Position numbers and translations under genes: made by a program
Shown: positions 56,269 through 64,000 of the stretch, in pieces
Layout: every line of letters starts with the position of its first letter
How positions within the stretch are numbered: position 1 is the first letter of the stretch
DNA from: Candidatus Aminicenantes bacterium
Lineage (GTDB): Bacteria; Acidobacteriota; Aminicenantia; Aminicenantales; JAFGAV01
DNA length: 64,000 bases
Direction of reading: 5' to 3'
Assembly: GCA_016933515.1 (NCBI GenBank)
Contig: JAFGAV010000049.1
Location: forward strand, 338-64,337
Notes under the pieces: generated by a model
The model's input: only the letters and a program-made list of their open reading frames with translations
What the model was told of the DNA's origin: nothing
Database searches by the model: none

Positions 56269-57525
56269 ATGGGCTACAACACGGCGTTGCGCGGCTACAC
56301 GGCCAAGAGGCTGGAGGAAATCGGTTCGGCCGATCTTCTGGTCGGCATCCCCTGTTACAACAACGAGCAGACGATCTCTCACGTCATCCAGACGGTCACT
56401 CACGGGTTGGCCCGTCACTTCGGCGGCCTCCGCTGCGTGATCCTGGTCGCCGACGGCGGTTCGACAGACGACACGCGGGAGACGGCCAGGGATTTTCAGA
56501 TCAAGCCCTGGCAGGAAAAAGTCGTCTCGATCTACCGGGGGCCGGCGGGCAAGGGCACGGCGCTGCGGTCGGTCTTCGAGGCGGCCGACATGCTTAACGT
56601 CCAGGCCTGCGCCGTAGTGGACGCCGACCTGCGGAGCATCACCTCGGACTGGGTGCGCTGCCTCCTCGATCCCGTGCTCGAAAAAGGCTACCAGTTCGTC
56701 GCACCGGTGTACCTCCGGCACAAGTACGACGGGACGATCACCAACAACATCGTCTACTGCCTGACCCGGGCGCTTTACGGCCTGCGCGTCCGCCAGCCGA
56801 TCGGGGGAGACTTCGCCTTTTCGCGCGATGTGGCCGAATTTTTCGCCGGCAAGCGCGTCTGGGAAACGGACGTGGCCCGCTACGGGATCGACATCTGGAT
56901 GACGACCATGGCCATCACGTCCGGTTTCAAGGTCTGTCAGTCCAACCTGGGAGTCAAGATCCACGACGCCAAGGATCCCGGCCAGCATCTGGGTCCGATG
57001 TTCCGGCAGGTCATGTGGGTTCTTCTGTCTCTGATGGAGGAATTCGAGGGTTATTGGAAAGCCGTCCGGGGCAGCCGTTCCGTGGAGACGTTCGGGTTCG
57101 AGGGGACTCTTCGGCCTGAGCCCATCGAAGTCGATCTCTCCGGGATCGTCGAACGGTTCCAGACGGGATTCGGCCATTTCGGATCGCTGTGGAAGGATTT
57201 GTTCTCCGCGGACTGCTTCGAGGAGATTCGGAGGGCCGCCGAACTCAAGGCCGGGGAATTCACCTTCCCCCTGGAGACCTGGATCCGGATCCTTTACGAG
57301 CTCGCGGCGACGTTCCACGCCTGGAAGCGCAACCGTTTCAAGATCGTGGAGATCGTCACTCCCTTGTATTACGCCCGGGTGGCGTCGTTCGTCCGCCAGA
57401 CCCTGGACATGAGCTCGGAAGAGGCGGAAAGCCTCGTCGAGGATCAGGCGCTGAAGTTCGAGGAGGAGAAAGACTATCTCATCCGCGTCTGGGACGAGCG
57501 CCGGGACGTCGCCGAGCCGCAATAG
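56269..57525 (+). CDS. GT2-family glycosyltransferase, candidate glycosyl-glycerate-type synthase
   Basis: ORF 54841..57525, with homology starting at ATG 56269. …LLVGIPCYNNEQTISHVIQ…VADGGSTDDTRE…GKGTALRS…AVVDADLRSI…QPIGGDFAFSRD… (GT-A fold, DxD). The upstream 476 codons are antisense to the two preceding genes. Assignment to glucosylglycerate / mannosylglucosylglycerate synthases is by context and vague recollection only. Confidence 0.55.
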   Translation: MGYNTALRGYTAKRLEEIGSADLLVGIPCYNNEQTISHVIQTVTHGLARHFGGLRCVILVADGGSTDDTRETARDFQIKPWQEKVVSIYRGPAGKGTALRSVFEAADMLNVQACAVVDADLRSITSDWVRCLLDPVLEKGYQFVAPVYLRHKYDGTITNNIVYCLTRALYGLRVRQPIGGDFAFSRDVAEFFAGKRVWETDVARYGIDIWMTTMAITSGFKVCQSNLGVKIHDAKDPGQHLGPMFRQVMWVLLSLMEEFEGYWKAVRGSRSVETFGFEGTLRPEPIEVDLSGIVERFQTGFGHFGSLWKDLFSADCFEEIRRAAELKAGEFTFPLETWIRILYELAATFHAWKRNRFKIVEIVTPLYYARVASFVRQTLDMSSEEAESLVEDQALKFEEEKDYLIRVWDERRDVAEPQ

Positions 57526-57618
57526 GATCGCGCGGCGGCGAGGAGGAAATGTCCGGCCTGGCCGCGGGGACAACCGCCGCTTCGCCGAAGGTTTCTATGG
57601 CGGGGACTTCCGTTTTTC

Positions 57619-57647
57619 TTGACAGAGATGAACCGATAACATATCAT
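57619..57647 (+). promoter_or_regulatory. Candidate promoter, with an overlapping inverted repeat, for the opine-DH / mutase-like / AsnB-like cluster
   Basis: TTGACA(57619-57624), 17 nt, TATCAT(57642-57647). The inverted repeat CCGAT(57633-57637)…ATCGG(57646-57650) straddles the -10. The outer GATGA…TCATC arms (57627-57631 / 57660-57664) flank it. Confidence 0.45.
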
Positions 57648-57727
57648 CGGCTCTCAGATCATCGCCGGTCTTAAGCGTGGCGCTTCTCGGCCGCTCGGGG
57701 ACGAAAAACCGCTGAAAGGGTTTAAGG

Positions 57728-58849
57728 ATGACCATTTTGACGTCTTGTCTCGAGGGAAAGAAGCCGAATTTCTGCGTGCTGGGCGCGGGGCACGGCGGCA
57801 TGGCCATGGCCGCGCACCTGTCTCTCCTGGGATTTACGGTGAACCTGTTCAACCGCACCGAAGCCCGCATCGTGCCCGTTCAGCAGAGAGAAGGCATATC
57901 GCTTTCGGGAGAGATCGAGGGATTCGGCCACGTGCGGATCGCGACTTCCGACATCGCCGAAGCGCTCGAGGACAGCGATATCCTCATGGTCGTCGTTCCG
58001 GCCGTAGGGCATCGTTATATGGCCGAAGTCTGCGCGCCCCATCTTCGAGACGGACACGTCGTCGTGCTCAACCCGGGCCGGACCCTGGGCGCCCTCGAGT
58101 TCAAACAGGTTCTCAAGGAAAAGGGCTGCCGGGCGGACGTCGTCATCGGGGAGACGCAGAGCCTTCTTTACGCCTCCCGAGCCATCGGTCCCGGAGAAGT
58201 GAGGATTTTCCGCATCAAGAACTCCGTTCCCCTGGCCACGATCCCGGCCCACAGGATCCCGGAAGTTCTCAAGGTCGTCCGGCAAGCCATTCCCCAGTTC
58301 GTTCCGGGGACCAACATCTTCAAGACGAGCTTCGACAACATCGGCGCCGTCTTCCACCCGGCCATAACCATCCTCAACGCCTCATGGATCGAAGAGCGAG
58401 TGGATTTCGAGTTTTACATGCAGGGGATCAGCGCCTCGGTCTGTCTCATCATGGAAAAGATGGACGAGGAGAGGGTTGCCGTCGCCGAAGCCCTCGGGAT
58501 CCACGCCTTGACGGCACGGGAATGGCTCTACCGCGCCTACCACGCCACAGGAAAAAACCTTTACGATGCCATGATGGACAATCCCGGCTACCGCGACATC
58601 ATGGCCCCCAAGACCTTGAAGGTCCGCTACATCACCGAGGACGTTCCCATGAGCCTCGTCCCCATGGCGTCCCTGGGTCGGATGCTGGGCGTTCCCACGC
58701 CGACCATGGACACCTTCATCCACCTGGCCTCGGTGATCCATAATTGCGATTACATGACCGAAGGCCGGACGGTCGAGCGCCTGGGCATAGACGGCATGTC
58801 GATCAAGGATCTGCGGCTCCTGGCCCTCGGCGAGGAGACGTCGCCGTGA
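57728..58849 (+). CDS. NAD(P)-dependent opine (octopine/nopaline) dehydrogenase-family oxidoreductase
   Basis: N-terminal Rossmann …FCVLGAGHGGMAMAAHLSLLG…. …ILMVVVPA..H…, …GETQSLLYASR…, …NIGAVFHPAITILNASWIE… is collinear with the opine dehydrogenase family. 373 aa. Confidence 0.65.
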   Translation: MTILTSCLEGKKPNFCVLGAGHGGMAMAAHLSLLGFTVNLFNRTEARIVPVQQREGISLSGEIEGFGHVRIATSDIAEALEDSDILMVVVPAVGHRYMAEVCAPHLRDGHVVVLNPGRTLGALEFKQVLKEKGCRADVVIGETQSLLYASRAIGPGEVRIFRIKNSVPLATIPAHRIPEVLKVVRQAIPQFVPGTNIFKTSFDNIGAVFHPAITILNASWIEERVDFEFYMQGISASVCLIMEKMDEERVAVAEALGIHALTAREWLYRAYHATGKNLYDAMMDNPGYRDIMAPKTLKVRYITEDVPMSLVPMASLGRMLGVPTPTMDTFIHLASVIHNCDYMTEGRTVERLGIDGMSIKDLRLLALGEETSP

Positions 58850-60504
58850 AGGCCGGGAAAATCCTGGGCGCGTCTCTCGGGGCCTGCGTTCACGTCGCCG
58901 GCATCCAGGGATTTCTGAGAATGTGCGAGGAGGAAGGATACGAAACGGTCTTCCTGGGTCCGGCCGTCTCTCCACGGGCTCTTGCCGAGGCCGTGGACAA
59001 GCACAGGCCCGGGATCGTCGCCGTGAGCTACAGGCTCACGCCCGAGGCGGCCGAGCCCCTGTTGCGGGAACTGAAGAGCCTCCTCGGGGACAAGATCCGG
59101 TCCGGTCTGCGTTGCGTTTTCGGCGGCACGGCCCCTGTGGCTGCGGTGGCGGAGCGAACGGGGCTTTTTGAGCGCGTTTTTTCCGGAACGGAATCCCCGG
59201 ACGAGATCCGTTCTTACATCAAGGGCGAAAAACCGCGGGCCGGAGTCGGAGACTATCCGGCCGACCTGGTCGGCCGGATCAGGCGATTCCATCCGTTTCC
59301 TCTCATCCGCCACCATTTCGGGAGGCCGACGCTGGAAGAGACCGTTGCCGGGGCGGAGCGGATCGCGGAGGCCGGCGTCCTGGATGTCCTGTCCATCGGT
59401 CCGGACCAGAACGCCCAGGAGAGTTTTTTCCGGCCCGCCGAGATGGAGCCCGCCCAGGACGGAGCCGGAGGCGTTCCCCTGCGCCGTCCCGAGGACCTGG
59501 AAGCCGTTTATCAGGCCGTCCGCCGGGGAAATTTTCCTCTGGTCCGCTGCTACAGCGGCACGCGCGACCTCGACAAATGGGCCGAAATGAGCCTCCGGAC
59601 GATCAATATCGCCTGGGCGGCCATCCCCTTATGCTGGTACAGCGATCTCGACGGCCGCTCGAACCGGCCTCTCAGGGAGGCGATGGCAGAGAATCTCCGC
59701 GTCATCCGTTGGTACGCGGAAAAAGGGATTCCGGTTGAAGTCAACGAGTCGCACCAGTGGAGCCTGAGAAACGCCCATGACACGCTGGCCGTAGTCATGG
59801 CTTTCCTGGCCGCTTACAACGCCAAGGCGGCGGGCGTCCGCCATTATGTGGCGCAATACATGTTCAATACGCCCGCCGGAACGTCGCCGTCCATGGACCT
59901 GGCCAAGATGCTGGCCAAGATCGAGCTCATCGAAGGGCTGGCCGATAAGAGCTTCTCCGTATTTCGGGAGGTCCGGGCCGGGCTTTCGAGCATGCCGGCG
60001 GATTTCGCGGCCGCCAAGGGCCACCTGGCGGCATCGGGAGCCGTCAGCATGTCCCTGGATCCCCATATCTACCATGTGGTCGGGTATAGCGAGGGCGATC
60101 ACGCCATCACGGCCGACGAGCTCATCGAAAGCTGCCGGATCGCCCGCGGTGCCGTCGCGCTCTGCCTCCTCGGCCTTCCCGACCCGTCCTGCGACCCGGC
60201 CGTTCAGGAGAGAAAGGCGGAGCTGATCGCCGAAGCGCATGTGCTTCTCGATGCCTTGAAGGAGCTCGGACAGAAAGAAAGCGGAGACCCGTGGACGAAT
60301 CCGCGGGTCCTGGCGGAAGCGGTTGAAAAGGGGGTTCTGGATACGCCTCATTTTAAAGCGCACCGCTTCGCCCGCGGCCGCGTCGTGACCCGCATCGTCG
60401 GGGGGGCGTGCCGGGCCGTCGATCCCCGGACGGGCGAGCCGATTTCGGAGACGCAGCGCCTGGCCTCTCTGGGGAGAGACGACGACGCCGCTCGGGGCGG
60501 CTGA
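58846..60504 (+). CDS. Fusion of a B12-binding domain with a glutamate-mutase E-subunit-like TIM barrel (putative cobalamin-dependent mutase, unknown substrate)
   Basis: GTG at 58846 overlaps the upstream stop (GTGA) and follows GGAGA. The N-terminal ~130 aa are flavodoxin-like, with …GASLGACVHVAGIQ… (CxHxxG in place of DxHxxG). The rest aligns by eye with GlmE blocks: EKPRAGV, …AGVLDVLSIGPDQNAQE…, …FPLVRCYSGTRD…, …NESHQW…, …LAVVMAFLAAYNAKAAGVRHYV…. No searches were run. Confidence 0.45.
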   Translation: MKAGKILGASLGACVHVAGIQGFLRMCEEEGYETVFLGPAVSPRALAEAVDKHRPGIVAVSYRLTPEAAEPLLRELKSLLGDKIRSGLRCVFGGTAPVAAVAERTGLFERVFSGTESPDEIRSYIKGEKPRAGVGDYPADLVGRIRRFHPFPLIRHHFGRPTLEETVAGAERIAEAGVLDVLSIGPDQNAQESFFRPAEMEPAQDGAGGVPLRRPEDLEAVYQAVRRGNFPLVRCYSGTRDLDKWAEMSLRTINIAWAAIPLCWYSDLDGRSNRPLREAMAENLRVIRWYAEKGIPVEVNESHQWSLRNAHDTLAVVMAFLAAYNAKAAGVRHYVAQYMFNTPAGTSPSMDLAKMLAKIELIEGLADKSFSVFREVRAGLSSMPADFAAAKGHLAASGAVSMSLDPHIYHVVGYSEGDHAITADELIESCRIARGAVALCLLGLPDPSCDPAVQERKAELIAEAHVLLDALKELGQKESGDPWTNPRVLAEAVEKGVLDTPHFKAHRFARGRVVTRIVGGACRAVDPRTGEPISETQRLASLGRDDDAARGG

Positions 60505-60628
60505 CGCGCTCCTTCCGGGTGGATGGGCATGGCCTTGCGATAAAGACAAGGAAGATAAACATGAGAAAGGACGATACGTGATAGGGAAAATTCTGAGAGA
60601 ACATCGCGCCGGGGCAGGAGATTGAACC

Positions 60629-62092
60629 ATGGCCGGTATCGCAGGAATTGAAGGACCGGGAGCGAGGGCTCTCGTCGAGTCCATGCTCGACGCCGTAGCC
60701 CACCGCGGACCGGACGGCCGCAGCGTGCATGCCGGAGACGGATTCGCCTTCGGGATGATCGCTTTGACCGCCGGGCCGAACGCCGCGGCCGAACCCCTGA
60801 ACCGGAAAGGAACGACCGTCGTCTGGGACGGAGAGCTTTACAATTTTCAAGAGCTTCAGGCGGCTTCGGGCTTCGAAGCCGTTTCCGATGAAGATCTCAT
60901 CCTGAGGCTCTACACCGAGGAGGGTGCCGGTTTCCTGGGGCGGCTCAACGGCCCGTTCGCCCTGGCGATCCGCGACGGCGACCGGACCGTCCTGGCCCGC
61001 GACCCCATGGGACAGGCGCCGTTGTATTGGGGCGCTCTCGACGGCCGGATCTGTTTCGCCTCGGAAATGAAATCCCTCCAGAAGGCCACGGAGGATATCA
61101 ACGCCTTCCCGCCGGGATACGTTTTCGACGGCGAACTCCGGCGGATCGAGATCGATGCCGGAGAGCCGGCCGTGCCGGAACATCCGGATGCCGCCGCCGC
61201 GGGGTTGCTCCGGCTCCTGGAGCGGGCTGTGGAAATTCGTTCTGCCGGCGGCCGTCCCCTCGGAAGCTGGCTCAGCGGAGGACTCGATTCGGCGACCATG
61301 GCCGCCCTGGCTTCCCGCTACCGGTCGCCGCTTCTGACGTTCTCCGCCGGCATGGAGGGCGCCCCCGACCTGTCTTTCGCCAGAAAGACCGCCGCTTACC
61401 TCGGCACGGAGCACCATGAGGTCCTTTACGGGCTCGAAGACATGCTGAGAGTCCTGCCCCGCGTCATCTACCATCTCGAATCCTTCGACGCGCCGCTCGT
61501 GCGGAGCTCGGTGGCCAATTTCCTTGTGGCCGAGCTGGCCTCAAAGCACGTCCGGTCCGTTCTTTCGGGCGAGGGCGGCGACGAGCTTTTCGCTGGCTAC
61601 AGCTACCTCAAATCGCTGTCCGGAGAAGAAATGCCCGCCGCTCTGTCCGACGCGCAGAAGGCCCTGTCGAACACGGCTCTGCAGAGAGTGGATCGGATGG
61701 CCGCCGCCCACGGCACGAGAGCGCGGACGTGTTTCCTCGACCCGGAGGTCGCGGCATACGCCAACGCCGTGCCCGCGAAATGGAAAATCCATGGAGAGGG
61801 GAAGGTCGAAAAATGGATCCTTCGCCAAGCGCTTGAAGGCCGCCTGCCGGAAGAAATCCGGATGCGTCCCAAGGAAAAATTCTGGTCGGGTTCGGGGATC
61901 GAGGGGAAGCTGGCCGAAGTCGCCGAATCCCAAATCGGCGACGACGCCTTCGCCGCCGAGAAGAAGATTGCGCCCGGCCTTCTCCTGACCTCCAAGGAGG
62001 ATCTTTTCTACTACCGTATCTTCCGCGGCTTTTTCCCCTCTCCGAAGGCCGTTCAAGCCCTGGGCGTGACCCTGCATCGGCAAGGGAACTGA
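60629..62092 (+). CDS. Asparagine-synthetase-B-family adenylating enzyme lacking the N-terminal Cys nucleophile
   Basis: GGAGA lies 7 nt upstream. An in-frame TGA two codons upstream fixes the start. The N-terminus is MAGIAG (canonical MCGIxG). The Ntn-like domain is retained (…NGPFALAIRDGDRTVLARDPMGQAPLYWG…). PP-loop SWLSGGLDSATMAAL. …LSGEGGDELFAGYSY…. Confidence 0.8.
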   Translation: MAGIAGIEGPGARALVESMLDAVAHRGPDGRSVHAGDGFAFGMIALTAGPNAAAEPLNRKGTTVVWDGELYNFQELQAASGFEAVSDEDLILRLYTEEGAGFLGRLNGPFALAIRDGDRTVLARDPMGQAPLYWGALDGRICFASEMKSLQKATEDINAFPPGYVFDGELRRIEIDAGEPAVPEHPDAAAAGLLRLLERAVEIRSAGGRPLGSWLSGGLDSATMAALASRYRSPLLTFSAGMEGAPDLSFARKTAAYLGTEHHEVLYGLEDMLRVLPRVIYHLESFDAPLVRSSVANFLVAELASKHVRSVLSGEGGDELFAGYSYLKSLSGEEMPAALSDAQKALSNTALQRVDRMAAAHGTRARTCFLDPEVAAYANAVPAKWKIHGEGKVEKWILRQALEGRLPEEIRMRPKEKFWSGSGIEGKLAEVAESQIGDDAFAAEKKIAPGLLLTSKEDLFYYRIFRGFFPSPKAVQALGVTLHRQGN

Positions 62093-62096
62093 TCCC

Positions 62097-62118
62097 CTCC
62101 CGTCCTCCGGACTGGGAG
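62097..62118. terminator. Possible bidirectional terminator hairpin between convergent genes
   Basis: CTCCCGTCC(62097-62105)-tcc-GGAC-t-GGGAG(62109-62118) forms a 9-bp stem with one bulge. It is followed by cgtctatttgcctttg on the plus strand. Confidence 0.35.
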
Positions 62119-62121
62119 CGT

Positions 62122-62721
62122 CTATTTGCCTTTGCGCACCATGAGCATCCGGCCCAGGATGCCCAATCGTCCGCTCGGCGGGGCCAGGGGATAGACTCCT
62201 TTTTTGGCCCGGCGGACGTCTTCGACTGTGTAGAACGCTTTGGGGTTGATGGCCTGGATGATCGCGACGAGCTCCGGAAGGTCCTTGCGCTTGATGATGG
62301 TGAAGATCACCTTGACCGGCCCCACCGCGCCTTCTCCCTCGAGGACCGTCAGCCCGTATCCCCGGGCTTTCAGCTTGGAGATCATCTCTTCGGTGCCCGA
62401 TTTGGCGATGACGCGGACGACCTGCATGCCGATGGCCAGCCGGTTCTCGATGGCCATTCCGACGAAATTGCCGCCCGCGAATCCGGCTGCGTAGGCGATG
62501 TAGCATAAGGGATTGGCGAGGTTCTTGAAGATCTGGCTGATGGCCAGGAGCCAGATCAGGACTTCGAAGAATCCCATGAGGGGGGCCAGAAACCTCTTGT
62601 CACGCGAAATGAAAATGATCCTTAACGTCCCCAGGGAGACGTCGATGATGCGGGCGGTGAAGATCAACAGAGGGAGGACCACCCAGGGGAACAGCGGCGA
62701 ATTAGAGATCTGTTCGAACAT
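62122..62721 (-). CDS. UPF0316-family membrane protein (DUF5698 + DUF2179 domains)
   Basis: 199 aa. …LIFTARIIDVSLGTLRIIFISRDKRFLAPLMGFFEVLIWL… plus the C-terminal ferredoxin-like …GYGLTVLEGEGAVGPVKVIFTIIKRKDL…INPKAFYTVEDV…. Confidence 0.7.
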   Translation of the reverse strand: MFEQISNSPLFPWVVLPLLIFTARIIDVSLGTLRIIFISRDKRFLAPLMGFFEVLIWLLAISQIFKNLANPLCYIAYAAGFAGGNFVGMAIENRLAIGMQVVRVIAKSGTEEMISKLKARGYGLTVLEGEGAVGPVKVIFTIIKRKDLPELVAIIQAINPKAFYTVEDVRRAKKGVYPLAPPSGRLGILGRMLMVRKGK

Positions 62722-62873
62722 CCTCGGTTCTATCCTTCGTTCTTGCTTCTCGTGCCTCCCCGCGGGACAAGCGGACCCGCGGTTGCGCGTCTTTCAGAAT
62801 GCCGCATCCGCCCGAAAAAGGCAAACGAATCCCTTTTATATGCTCCAGGCGGAAATCCGGATGTTCATCGGGC

Positions 62874-64000
62874 CTATCCGGTCGGAGGGAGGGCGCGGCT
62901 CGACCGGCGTGCCGTTTCCAGGATTTCCCGGAACCGATCGGTGTCCCGTATGGAGTCAAGATCTTTGTCCGTTTCAAGAATCCCGGCGTTCGACAGCCCC
63001 TTGTCCACGGCCGTCCCCAGAAAGTCCAAGGCCCGTTTCTTGTCGCCCATCAGGGCGGCGACGCAGGCTCGGTTGTAAAAGAGGAAAATTTCCCAGGGCA
63101 GACCCTCCTCGCAGGCCTCTATGGCCAAATCGAAGTAAACGGCGGCGCGGTCAAGATCGCCCCGGCCGTATAGCTCGCTCGCTCTGGCCTGAGCGTTGTA
63201 TAGAAAATCGAAGAGAAGCCGCGAGGCCAGGCTCCGGTCCTCGAGCGTTTTTTTGTTTTTTGCGTCTTTTTTCAGAAAGGGAATCCCCATCGCTCTGAGC
63301 GCCGCGTCGACCGCGTCCCGGCCGCCGAGCGCGCCGCTTTCCACGGGCCCGAAAGCGCGGCCGAATCTCGAACGAAAGTCCTCAGCCCGCTTGTCCCGCT
63401 TTTTCTCGGCGGCCAGGAATTGCGCATATTCCTTGCGCGACCTGAGCTCGTCGATGCGGGCCTGGAGATTGGGGATGTCCCGGAGCCCTGCCGCCAGGCG
63501 TCCGGCGGCTTCGAGCCGGTCGGCGGCCCAAAACACCCTTCCCTCTCTTTCGAAGGACAGGGCCTCCTCGAGTTCACGTCCGATCACCTCGTCGGCCAAG
63601 GCCTCGTCTTTTGGCCGGAGGCCGGCCTTCATGGACGTGACTTCGAGCCATCCTACGGCCCGCAGGCAGCTGGCGGCAGCCGGCCAATCGTGCCGTCCTT
63701 CGAAAAACAGAAACCGGTGGGGGATGCCGGACGGATCGAACGCCAGGTCGAGATTTTTCATCTCTCCGTAGTTGAAATCCGAAAGCCCCGTCAGGCCGAA
63801 ATAAGACCCCGCTCCGAGATCTTCGGGCTTGAGACCCGACTGGAGACCGGCCCCGCAGCCGACCACCCCGGCGATTCCCCGGCCGGCGAGCCGGGGAAAG
63901 ATCGAGGCGATCCGGGCTCCGCCCGAAAATCCACCGGCATAGACGCGCTGCTCATCGACGGGCAGTCTGCGCCGGGCGTCGGCCCACACGGCCAGCGCCG
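62874..64000 (-). CDS. Alpha/beta-hydrolase (esterase-like) domain fused to C-terminal TPR-like repeats; 5' end outside the window
   Basis: The frame stays open to the window edge, and the listed start at 63989 is a GTG. Nucleophile elbow …VYAGGFSGGARIA…. The C-terminal helical repeats (…AVYFDLAIEACEEG…FLFYNRACVAALMGDKKRALDFLGTAVDKG…) are TPR-like. Confidence 0.55.
   Translation of the reverse strand, partial: ALAVWADARRRLPVDEQRVYAGGFSGGARIASIFPRLAGRGIAGVVGCGAGLQSGLKPEDLGAGSYFGLTGLSDFNYGEMKNLDLAFDPSGIPHRFLFFEGRHDWPAAASCLRAVGWLEVTSMKAGLRPKDEALADEVIGRELEEALSFEREGRVFWAADRLEAAGRLAAGLRDIPNLQARIDELRSRKEYAQFLAAEKKRDKRAEDFRSRFGRAFGPVESGALGGRDAVDAALRAMGIPFLKKDAKNKKTLEDRSLASRLLFDFLYNAQARASELYGRGDLDRAAVYFDLAIEACEEGLPWEIFLFYNRACVAALMGDKKRALDFLGTAVDKGLSNAGILETDKDLDSIRDTDRFREILETARRSSRALPPTG

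Noticed and set aside
60561-60581. A six-codon micro-ORF (MRKDDT*) with an AAGGAAG SD, lying between the mutase-like and AsnB-like genes. Possibly a leader peptide.
   Set aside because: It is far too short to evaluate from sequence alone, and no associated attenuator hairpin is evident. I noted it only as something ribosome profiling could test.

Overview
The window is a GC-rich bacterial chromosomal segment with strong G/C at third codon positions, which produces long spurious antisense ORFs. Coding density is high and the many signal-peptide and beta-barrel genes point to a diderm organism. I cannot assign a taxon from sequence alone. All family calls rest on motif recognition by eye, since no searches were run.

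Contents in order:
- Housekeeping block: nrdR, hsp20, lon, thiL, dapF, htrA, tmk, a PBP1A, smc, tRNA-Thr(CGU) and rlmN.
- Many envelope genes: a FadL-like protein, two tandem pairs of beta-barrel OMP paralogs, an Omp85-like protein, OmpA-like, TonB-like, and a FecR/Trp-rich protein.
- An 11-gene Mrp/Mbh-type cation:proton antiporter operon (27204-34686, minus strand) with a split MrpA/B and three MrpD paralogs.
- A decayed Trk K+ uptake locus: trkH in three reading frames and trkA lacking its 5' end.
- An ArsR plus thioredoxin pair behind a consensus promoter.
- A glycosyl-glycerate compatible-solute locus: GpgS/MpgS-like synthase, MpgP-family phosphatase, and a divergent GT2.

The most unusual item is the co-directional trio at 57728-62092. 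It encodes an opine-dehydrogenase-family enzyme, a fused B12-binding / glutamate-mutase-E-like protein with CxHxxG instead of DxHxxG, and an asparagine-synthetase-B homolog that starts MAGIAG and so lacks the Cys nucleophile. I know of no characterised pathway with this composition, but its function is inference only.

I saw no CRISPR array, transposase, integrase, prophage or recognisable defence system.
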